Shown: positions 51,938-59,776 of the stretch, piece after piece
How the letters are laid out: each line of letters begins with the position of its first letter
Position numbering within the stretch: position 1 is the stretch's first letter
IMG/VR virus record: IMGVR_UViG_3300026521_000003
Coordinates: 124,001 to 188,000 of that record
Direction: 5' to 3' (one strand)
DNA length: 64,000 nucleotides
Position numbers and translations under genes: made by a program
Notes under the pieces: generated by a model
The model's input: only the letters and a program-made list of their open reading frames with translations
Databases searched by the model: none
What the model was told of the DNA's origin: nothing

Positions 51938-52695
51938 AATTTAGAAAAAATATAAATAAATTCTGGTTTCCAATTAAGAATACTTATTCTTTTAGTAATT
52001 TCAAAATCGCCAATTATATTTGTTAATACATCTATAGCATCTTGGTCTTCTCTAATATCATCATCAGTTACCTTATCAAAATCTATATAATCGATAATTT
52101 TATCAAATATACTTTCTGAATTATCTGCAGCTAAATTTAAAAGTATATTATATTTTTCATCTAATGGTAATGACTTCTCTATTTCTAATTCTTTAGATAA
52201 TCCATTTATATCTATAAACTCTTTATAGACCATTAATAAATCTTTTGAGTCATCACTATATAGATTATCTTCTAAGTTTGATCTATGAAATTCTTTAGCT
52301 GTAGCCATCAACATATCGTAATTATATAATTCAAACAGTTCTCCATTTACTTCATATGTTACAGGGTCATCATAAGTAACATTTTCTTCTTTTATTTCAT
52401 TGAATGGTACTAATGTGAATTGGCGTAAAGCCTCAGCCATCTGTAAATTATCAAATAATAAATTTGCTAATTCTAATGTTGCAGTCTCAATATCTAATGA
52501 TTTAGACATTAACACATCTTCATTTATAGTATATTCAGACTGAAAAAACATATCTCGAGCAATAGTAAAATCTTCAATAATTTTACCTAAATTAGTATTC
52601 CATAATTCTAATCTATAACCTTTATAACGTAAAACCTCATCCTCAAATAATACATTTTTTAATTTTAAATACTCTAAATCAATTTCAATATTCAT
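51934..52695 (-). CDS. acidic late hypothetical protein
   Basis: TATAAATA on the minus strand at 52718-25 and GGAG RBS. Confidence 0.6.
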   Translation of the reverse strand: MNIEIDLEYLKLKNVLFEDEVLRYKGYRLELWNTNLGKIIEDFTIARDMFFQSEYTINEDVLMSKSLDIETATLELANLLFDNLQMAEALRQFTLVPFNEIKEENVTYDDPVTYEVNGELFELYNYDMLMATAKEFHRSNLEDNLYSDDSKDLLMVYKEFIDINGLSKELEIEKSLPLDEKYNILLNLAADNSESIFDKIIDYIDFDKVTDDDIREDQDAIDVLTNIIGDFEITKRISILNWKPEFIYIFSKF

Positions 52696-52789
52696 AACAT
52701 CTCCAATTTATATAGTATATTTATAGATTTAAAAATAATTTTTCTAAAAAATGTAAAATAGTATATAATAAATGATATAAGGAAAATGA

Positions 52790-54421
52790 ATGGCAGATAA
52801 AAATTATTCAGCTAGTGATATTAAAGTATTAAGTGATCGCGAACATGTTCGTTTAAGAACAGCAATTTACTTAGGTAGTACTGAGGAGACATCATATGAA
52901 GTGCCAATTTTTGAAAAAGATGATATAAAAATTAAGCAGAAATTTTTCATACCTGCAATTTATAAAGCATTTAATGAAATTTCAGATAATGCAATAGATG
53001 AATTGACTCAGCTTGCTAAAAAAGATAAAAAAATATCTTTTGCTCATGATACTATAAAAAATAGATTTAAAGTCTGTGATAATGGTCGAGGTGTACCTAT
53101 TGATATGCACCCTCAAACTGGTAAATATACACCTGAAACCGTTTTTACAGAATTAAGATCTGGTAGAAACTTTGATGATGATGCTAAGGATTCTGGGGTA
53201 ATTGGTACAAATGGGGTAGGTTCATCATGTGTTGCTATGTTATCTGAAGAGTTTTTAGTCCAAATTAAAAGAGATGGTAAGTTTTATGAACAAATGTATA
53301 GAGATGGTACAGCATCAATAGATGAACCAGCAATTAATAATTATAAAGGTAGAGATTCTGGAACGTGTATTGAATTTAAAATTGATACTGCATTACCTCA
53401 ATTTACTACAACGAAAATGGATCCGGAACTAATTCAAAATAGAGTTGTTGAGATTGCACTTAATAATCCACAATTAGATTTATCATATGTTAGAAAACAG
53501 TTAGATGAAGATGGAGAAGAAGAACAAATTCAAGCACATTATGCTTTTAAAGGTGGTATGTTAGAATATGTCAAGCGTGTTTCTGAAAGATTTTTTGAAT
53601 TTAAGTATGACCATGACGAATTTACAGCCAGATACTATGTAATTCTTGACAAATATCAAGGAATAGATGAAAAAATATTCGTATATGTTAATTCATCATT
53701 ACTTTATGAAGGTGGTACAGCTGCACATATGTTTTTTAATACGTTCTTTTCTAGTGTGAATGATGGTTTAAAAAGAGAAATTAAAAAACGTAAAATTGAT
53801 TTAAATAAAAATGATGTTAAACAAAACCTTTTAGTTGTTGCTGATGTTAAGATGAAAAATCCAAGATATGATAATCAATCAAAAACTAGATTAATTTCAC
53901 AAGAGATTAAAAAACATATTGATAAAATGATTGGTGATCAAATTTCAAAATTTTTATCAATTAATAAACAATGGATAGAAGAAATTCTTGATAGAGCCGA
54001 ATTTAGACAACGTATTGCTGATATGGCTGAAGTTAAGAAAAAACAAAAGAAGAAAAAAGGTAAATTGGCAAAACTAATCGATTGTTATACAAAGGATAGA
54101 AGCCAAGCAACAATCGCATTCTCAGAAGGAGATTGTATTGACTCTAACACTAAAATTCATTATGAAGGTGGCATTAAACCAATCAAAGATATTTTAGTTG
54201 GTGAAAAAGTTTTAACTCATGATGGTACTTATCAATTTGTTATTGCTAATAATTCAGTTGAGAAAGAAGAATATATTATTGAATTTGGAGATGAAAAAAT
54301 ATCATTTTCTAAAAACCATAAGCATCCTATTTTCAATACTGAAACTGGAGAGGTAGAGGTAATCGAAACTTATCTTATTAATCCAGAAGTACATAAATTA
54401 CTTAGAAAGAAAGGGTTATAA
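52790..54421 (+). CDS. gp39: type II topoisomerase ATPase subunit (gp39/GyrB-like), N-extein fused to N-terminal half-intein
   Basis: EHVRLR..IYLGS, EISDNAIDE, DNGRGVP, SGRNFDD, GTNGVGSS, SGTCIEF, NQSKTRL, KLIDC, FSEGD, then intein sequence. Confidence 0.92.
   Translation: MADKNYSASDIKVLSDREHVRLRTAIYLGSTEETSYEVPIFEKDDIKIKQKFFIPAIYKAFNEISDNAIDELTQLAKKDKKISFAHDTIKNRFKVCDNGRGVPIDMHPQTGKYTPETVFTELRSGRNFDDDAKDSGVIGTNGVGSSCVAMLSEEFLVQIKRDGKFYEQMYRDGTASIDEPAINNYKGRDSGTCIEFKIDTALPQFTTTKMDPELIQNRVVEIALNNPQLDLSYVRKQLDEDGEEEQIQAHYAFKGGMLEYVKRVSERFFEFKYDHDEFTARYYVILDKYQGIDEKIFVYVNSSLLYEGGTAAHMFFNTFFSSVNDGLKREIKKRKIDLNKNDVKQNLLVVADVKMKNPRYDNQSKTRLISQEIKKHIDKMIGDQISKFLSINKQWIEEILDRAEFRQRIADMAEVKKKQKKKKGKLAKLIDCYTKDRSQATIAFSEGDCIDSNTKIHYEGGIKPIKDILVGEKVLTHDGTYQFVIANNSVEKEEYIIEFGDEKISFSKNHKHPIFNTETGEVEVIETYLINPEVHKLLRKKGL
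54134..54418 (+). mobile_element. N-terminal half of a split intein (95 aa)
   Basis: Block A CIDSNTKI directly after EGD; IKDILVGEKVLTHDG; block B FSKNHKHP; no block F/G (HN) before the stop. Confidence 0.85.
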
Positions 54422-54432
54422 AAACTCTTTCT
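54408..54432 (+). terminator. hairpin overlapping the topoisomerase/intein stop
   Basis: agaaagggtt-ataaa-aactctttct. Confidence 0.5.
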
Positions 54433-54537
54433 CAACCATCTTAAACTCTCATATTATCTTTTCTAATAAACAATCTGAATTCTTTTTAATATATATTTAA
54501 GTTAAATTATAATATAATAATGATAAAGGGTTTTATT

Positions 54538-54738
54538 ATGAAAAAAGAAATTATCATTGAACAATTAAAAAATATAAAAAAGTCAATTGAACAGTCCGCA
54601 AAAGAAGCTGAAAAAGGGTGGTCTAGAGCTTCATGTTATCCAGAAGAAAATGCATATTGTTCTGGTTTAGATAGAGGTATTGAAATATCCTTATATGCCA
54701 TAGATGACCTTATTGATGAACTGAATGAGGACTATTAA
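54538..54738 (+). CDS. small early hypothetical protein
   Basis: TTAAG-N11-TATAAT at 54497-54518; AAGGG RBS before ATG 54538. Confidence 0.6.
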   Translation: MKKEIIIEQLKNIKKSIEQSAKEAEKGWSRASCYPEENAYCSGLDRGIEISLYAIDDLIDELNEDY

Positions 54739-55044
54739 ATGAGTAAACAAATAATTCCATATGGCAATCCAAAAAAATATTTAATATACTCTAGTATTTC
54801 TGATGATATTATAGTGTATGATGCAACAGATGATGAAATTATTGAATATTTTGCACAAGAAGCTGCAGAAAGAGCTAGAGAACAAGCTATGAGTGTATTA
54901 GAAAAATTAGATAATGGCACAAAACCTTATTTTCAGTTTACAAAAACAATAGATGAAGTATTTGAGACTATTGAAATGATACATGGGAAACGAGTATTAA
55001 ATGAAAGAAAAATAGAATTAGGACTTCAAGATGAAAAAGAATAG
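54739..55044 (+). CDS. hypothetical protein
   Basis: 101-aa ORF with GAGGA RBS. Confidence 0.6.
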   Translation: MSKQIIPYGNPKKYLIYSSISDDIIVYDATDDEIIEYFAQEAAERAREQAMSVLEKLDNGTKPYFQFTKTIDEVFETIEMIHGKRVLNERKIELGLQDEKE

Positions 55045-55912
55045 AGGAAATAAATCTAAAATAAAATTAGCCAAAGAGGCTAAATTTAAACCAAAAAGAT
55101 GGCAAGATAGTCATAATAGTTCTAAACAATTATGTTTGGTGTGCTTTAAAGCATATAAAGATACCCCCATATGTTGTAATGTGCAAACCTATAATATTGG
55201 AACTAGAGCTAGACCTCCAAAAGTAAGAGCTTCAAAAAATGAATGGAAAAAATTTATTGATATGTTTATTCACGGTGGTAGAAGTAGAAATAAATTTCAA
55301 CTTAAACAAGTTATAGAACTAAGAAAAAAATATAATCTTAGTACATTTGAAGATGAAAAACAATTAGAGAAATTGGAAAATTATATAGAAAATGATTTAA
55401 TAACTTCTTTAGATATTAAACGACATGAAGCTATACATATTAAACCATCCCAAAGCTTTTTTGATGATATTATTGCAGCAGCCGAAAAATTTAAACAGCT
55501 CCATTTACGTACAGAAATAAATGGGCAACAAGTTTATGTTGTACCTATTTTAGCATCTGATGATTATAATCATTATTTACCATCTGATTCACAACATTTT
55601 AAGATAAAGAAGGCAAGAACGAGAGTAATTACATCTGAAAATGGTCGTAGAGAATTAAATTTACAAATTATGACGAATAATACAAAAGAATTAATACCGG
55701 TTAATTACAGACCTAATTCTAAATACGCTTATCGACAAAATTTCTTCATTTTTGAAGAAAAATTGAATGCTATAGCATTTCAACAAATATTTCTAGAAAT
55801 GCTTTCAGAAATAAAAGAGACTAAAAATTTAGACTATTTTAAAGAATTATTATTGTATCAGGATATTGGTTTTGATAAAGTTTTAAAAAAAGCCCCAGAG
55901 TTATTAATTTAA
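55031..55912 (+). CDS. hypothetical protein with N-terminal Cys cluster
   Basis: CLVC...CC...IGTRARPPK...W; ends APELLI. Confidence 0.6.
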   Translation: MKKNRGNKSKIKLAKEAKFKPKRWQDSHNSSKQLCLVCFKAYKDTPICCNVQTYNIGTRARPPKVRASKNEWKKFIDMFIHGGRSRNKFQLKQVIELRKKYNLSTFEDEKQLEKLENYIENDLITSLDIKRHEAIHIKPSQSFFDDIIAAAEKFKQLHLRTEINGQQVYVVPILASDDYNHYLPSDSQHFKIKKARTRVITSENGRRELNLQIMTNNTKELIPVNYRPNSKYAYRQNFFIFEEKLNAIAFQQIFLEMLSEIKETKNLDYFKELLLYQDIGFDKVLKKAPELLI

Positions 55913-55962
55913 ATTTAAGTTGACTTAGTATAAAATATAGAAAAAAATAAAAGGTATATAAA

Positions 55963-56901
55963 ATGCAATTAAGTAATACTATTAAACAACGATTTGTAAA
56001 AGATTGGAAATTACCCTTTCATGTAGTTCAGGAACCTATGTTCAGCTATATGATTAATGAGGTGGATACTCATTTTAAATCAAAAGATAAACTTAAACTG
56101 TTAGAAGATGTTGTCGACGCATTAGGTAGTGAAGAAGCATTTTTTTCTGAGTCAAATAGAGTAAAAAATGATATAATTCAAAATATACAATCTACTCCAG
56201 TTTATAAACAATTACAAGATGATAAACTTACTAAATATGATATAGAACCGAATGGTATTAAGCAGAAAGATATTTATACGATGGAGAATGTTAATAGAAC
56301 ATTTATTTCATTGGATTTAGTTAAAGCTAACTTTAATGTTATGAAAATGTATGATAGTTCTTTAACGTTAGGGTATCAAACTTATGATGAATTAGTATCT
56401 AGTGTAACTGATTTTGACTATTTTAAAAAGTCTAAGTATTTACGCCAAGTAATATTTGGTAATATGTTGCCTAAAAAACAACAAAAATTACAAAAATGGG
56501 TTATGAGACAACTTGTCGAAATGCTAAATAAAGATATAGGTATTGATATGAATGATTTTGTATCAGCTAGTGCCGATGAAGTATTATTTGCTATTGATCC
56601 AAAAGATGCCGATAAATTTGTTGGTATGATTGAAAGAAAATTAAAAAGTAATGATAATACATCGGATTTTGCAGCATGGGTTCGAGTTGAGGCTTTCACA
56701 TTAAAATCAATAGGTAATAAGAAATTTTTTGTTAAAGAGTTTTTAGATAGTACTATTGAATTTAAGGGTATCCCAAGTTTTTTATTTATGCAAGTGTATA
56801 AACGATTTGTAAATAAAGAAGTTATAAAAATGGATAAAATGTTTTTTCACGAAGGTTATTTAGCTAGCTTTGAACAGGGAGTTTTTGATGAATCTAGTTA
56901 A
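55963..56901 (+). CDS. conserved hypothetical protein, possible polymerase/nucleotidyltransferase palm-like fold
   Basis: ISLDLVKANF...SKYLRQVIFG...SADEVLF...EFKG; promoter at 55915-36. Confidence 0.45.
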   Translation: MQLSNTIKQRFVKDWKLPFHVVQEPMFSYMINEVDTHFKSKDKLKLLEDVVDALGSEEAFFSESNRVKNDIIQNIQSTPVYKQLQDDKLTKYDIEPNGIKQKDIYTMENVNRTFISLDLVKANFNVMKMYDSSLTLGYQTYDELVSSVTDFDYFKKSKYLRQVIFGNMLPKKQQKLQKWVMRQLVEMLNKDIGIDMNDFVSASADEVLFAIDPKDADKFVGMIERKLKSNDNTSDFAAWVRVEAFTLKSIGNKKFFVKEFLDSTIEFKGIPSFLFMQVYKRFVNKEVIKMDKMFFHEGYLASFEQGVFDESS

Positions 56902-57112
56902 GTTTGGTAGTTTTTTTGGGTTTCAACATAAATTTTGGGAATTACAAGTCTGTAATACTATGGAAACATCATGGTTTAAAGTTTCGATAGATTGGACTAG
57001 AAAAGTAGATCACGCCGGTTTTTATTTTGTATTTGAATGTTATCATTTTTTTATAAATTTTATGATTTATGATTCAAGACATTGGGATTATGATACTGAT
57101 GATTATTTATAG
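56888..57112 (+). CDS. small aromatic-rich hypothetical protein
   Basis: GGGAG RBS; DHAGF...YDSRHWD. Confidence 0.55.
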   Translation: MNLVKFGSFFGFQHKFWELQVCNTMETSWFKVSIDWTRKVDHAGFYFVFECYHFFINFMIYDSRHWDYDTDDYL

Positions 57113-57407
57113 TATTAAAGTACGTTTAACTTATATAGATGAAGAAGAAGTTACAAATATTAAAATATGTACTGAAGAAATGGATGAGTATCCTACAAAT
57201 TATGTTGATTATACTACTGAAGGTAAAGTAGATTATGATACATATGAATATAACCATTTTGCTATAAATCAATATGAACTATATAAGAAAATTTTAACGT
57301 ATAAGAAATATAATTTAGAGCATTATCTATTATATAGTCCTAATCAATATTTAAAAGGATTATTCACTCAGAATCATATAGAAACATATCCAGAATTATA
57401 TATTTAG
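57069..57407 (+). CDS. hypothetical protein ending YPELYI
   Basis: ORF track; start uncertain. Confidence 0.5.
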   Translation: MIQDIGIMILMIIYSIKVRLTYIDEEEVTNIKICTEEMDEYPTNYVDYTTEGKVDYDTYEYNHFAINQYELYKKILTYKKYNLEHYLLYSPNQYLKGLFTQNHIETYPELYI

Positions 57408-57408
57408 T

Positions 57409-57452
57409 AATTTTTTCTTTAATCTATATAAATAAAAGAAAAAGAAGGAATT
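57409..57452 (+). promoter_or_regulatory. late promoter (57427-34) within an RBS-sequestering hairpin
   Basis: aattttttcttt (57409-20) can pair with aaagaaggaatt (57441-52), including two G-U pairs. Confidence 0.55.
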
Positions 57453-57456
57453 AAAA

Positions 57457-57720
57457 ATGAAATTATCGGATATGCTAAATAACTCTGAAGAAATGGTTGA
57501 AGCTTGTAAAAAGAAAAAGAAAAAAGTTTTAAAAGAAGAAGATATGGTTATTTGTGCTAAATGTGGAGAAGAGTATAGTACGTCAGAGGATAAATGTCCA
57601 AAATGTGGTTCAATAGAAACAAAAGCAATTATGAAAGAATCGGTTGAAACATTAGTTGAAACTGAAAATGCGGCTGAAAAAGCAGAGATGGATTATTTAC
57701 TTAAATTATCTGGGATTTAG
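57457..57720 (+). CDS. small late zinc-ribbon protein
   Basis: CAKC...CPKCGS; leader MKLSDMLN; ends YLLKLSGI. Confidence 0.7.
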   Translation: MKLSDMLNNSEEMVEACKKKKKKVLKEEDMVICAKCGEEYSTSEDKCPKCGSIETKAIMKESVETLVETENAAEKAEMDYLLKLSGI

Positions 57721-57722
57721 TA

Positions 57723-57917
57723 ATGAATTTACGAGATATAAATGAAAGTATTATTAATTTATTAGAAGCTCCAACACATTTATTACGATTAAAACGTAAT
57801 AAAAAGAAAATTATGAAAGGTACAGTTGAAACGATTGATGCTTTTCTAGATGGTAAAGATATGTCAAAATATGAGATTATCTCATTAGATAATTTAGATG
57901 AAGAGAATGGGAGATAA
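57723..57917 (+). CDS. small late protein
   Basis: Leader MNLRDINE|SIINLLE|A. Confidence 0.55.
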   Translation: MNLRDINESIINLLEAPTHLLRLKRNKKKIMKGTVETIDAFLDGKDMSKYEIISLDNLDEENGR

Positions 57918-58847
57918 TTACTCCCATTTACCACTATTGATTTTAGCTTCTAAATTCTTAAATTGGTTTTTCTTAGCATCATTAACTATTAAGTCCAAAT
58001 AAGTTTCTGGTATTTCTTTATATATAGAATATGCTAACCATTGCATTTGATAGTATGCAGCACCACTTAATCTTAAATCAAAGAAATTCTTTAAACTTCT
58101 TAAATTAATACTAAACATTAAATCTACACTAAATGTATCCGCTATTACAGTACCTTTTACAACGTCACCAACATTTCTCTTAGCTTTAGAAGAAAGTAAT
58201 TTAAAACATTCATCTTCATTACCTTCAAAATTATTAAATTGATCTATTAATGATTTAGCAATGGTAAGTGAAATAAATTTTTCTTCGCCTAATATAATAT
58301 ATTGGTGTTGTAATTTATTGAAAATAGTTCCAAATTCAATTGCATTATAATCTATATCGTCTGTTACTAAAAGACCTTTAAATCGGTTCATTCTATTTAT
58401 AAAGCCACTCGCACCAAGATTGTATTTCATAACTACTAGAAACGTATTAACTAAATCGCTAAGAGTGTATCTAGTTGATTGAACTGAAAATGATGCTATT
58501 CTATGTCTAGCTAATTCTTGCAAAACACCTCTTGAAGTGTTTTTAATATTGAAATTTAGTACTACATGTTCTAATGTACTCTCATGAAAATAAGTATGTG
58601 AAAGGTCGTATAATAATTTACTTCCTTTCTCATTAACGTTTTTTTCTAAAGTTGAAAGAGTATCATTATTTTTAATATAATGGTTTTCTAATTCATCTTC
58701 TAAAGTTAGAATCTCCTGATGTTCTGATTTATCAAAACTATTATAACAAGTTCTCGCTCCAAATTCACTTACAAAGAGTGGTGTAGCGTGTAAGAGAGTA
58801 GCTCTAGGTAAACTATAATTTATACCGTATGCTGTGATTTGACTCAT
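57918..58847 (-). CDS. thyX: flavin-dependent thymidylate synthase ThyX
   Basis: ARTCY.S, HESTLEH, SRGVLQELARHRIASFSVQSTRY, INLRSLKNFFDLR. Confidence 0.95.
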   Translation of the reverse strand: MSQITAYGINYSLPRATLLHATPLFVSEFGARTCYNSFDKSEHQEILTLEDELENHYIKNNDTLSTLEKNVNEKGSKLLYDLSHTYFHESTLEHVVLNFNIKNTSRGVLQELARHRIASFSVQSTRYTLSDLVNTFLVVMKYNLGASGFINRMNRFKGLLVTDDIDYNAIEFGTIFNKLQHQYIILGEEKFISLTIAKSLIDQFNNFEGNEDECFKLLSSKAKRNVGDVVKGTVIADTFSVDLMFSINLRSLKNFFDLRLSGAAYYQMQWLAYSIYKEIPETYLDLIVNDAKKNQFKNLEAKINSGKWE

Positions 58848-58957
58848 ATATTATTCCTTTATTTTTTTATATATAATTATACAAAAATAAAAGTGAGATT
58901 AAAGGTTAATTAAGTTTTGATTTAATATAATAATAAAAAAGTTTAGGAATTTAATAT

Positions 58958-59776
58958 ATGAGTAATTTATTTCAAACCCTAGAACAGTTATCATCTGATC
59001 TTATGGAAAAATCAAAAAATGCTAGAACAAAAGCTGCAAAATTAGCCTATGAAGATTCTGCTATGTTATTATTAAATGAGATTAATAGGTTGAATAAGGA
59101 AATTGAAGAAGACCAAAAAGCTAAAATAGAAGCTCAAATGAAAAAATTTGATATTCATCATCAAGATTATACAACACTTTTATCGAGAGGCCATATTGGC
59201 ATCCCCAGTAATATTCATGCTGAAATTTCATCATTTACGGTGGGACAAAAGAAAGCAGGAGAAGTTTTTCAAAATTTAAGTGAAGATTATAAACATGATG
59301 TACTAAATCATTTAGCCGCAGATAAAGAAATGATTGAACAATTAGTAGCATACCGTCATAATTATCATTATATTACTCACACAAAAGGTCATGATGGTAT
59401 TGATGAAGATAATAATGTATATGAAGTTAAAAATAGAAAATATGTTTATAAAAAAGATAAACGTGCAAATTGTGATCTTATTTTTGATAGAATTTCAAAA
59501 GCTACTGAAAGAAAATTTCGAGAAGGGCGCCCAACAATTATAATGAATATGACTGATGGTGCAAAATTATTATTAGAAATGAAAATACGTTTTTCAGACG
59601 AATTATTAGATCTTTATAGTGAAAAAGTTGAAGCATTAAAATCATCAAAAACATCTGGATTTGCAATTCCATTTAGTGAATATAAAGATTATATTGAAGA
59701 AATAACTTATGTGTGTAATGATATTGACCAATACCATATACAAAAACAGGTATTGGATTATATAACTTTATCTTAA
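58958..59776 (+). CDS. putative PD-(D/E)xK restriction-like endonuclease
   Basis: E...KGHDGIDEDNNVYEVKNR; early-type promoter at 58910-31. Confidence 0.55.
   Translation: MSNLFQTLEQLSSDLMEKSKNARTKAAKLAYEDSAMLLLNEINRLNKEIEEDQKAKIEAQMKKFDIHHQDYTTLLSRGHIGIPSNIHAEISSFTVGQKKAGEVFQNLSEDYKHDVLNHLAADKEMIEQLVAYRHNYHYITHTKGHDGIDEDNNVYEVKNRKYVYKKDKRANCDLIFDRISKATERKFREGRPTIIMNMTDGAKLLLEMKIRFSDELLDLYSEKVEALKSSKTSGFAIPFSEYKDYIEEITYVCNDIDQYHIQKQVLDYITLS

Noticed and set aside
54421-54740. Frameshift or ribosomal bypass continuing the topoisomerase/intein (as in T4 gene 60)
   Set aside because: No C-intein (HN-S) or Toprim sequence seen downstream; the next ORFs are unrelated and have their own promoter
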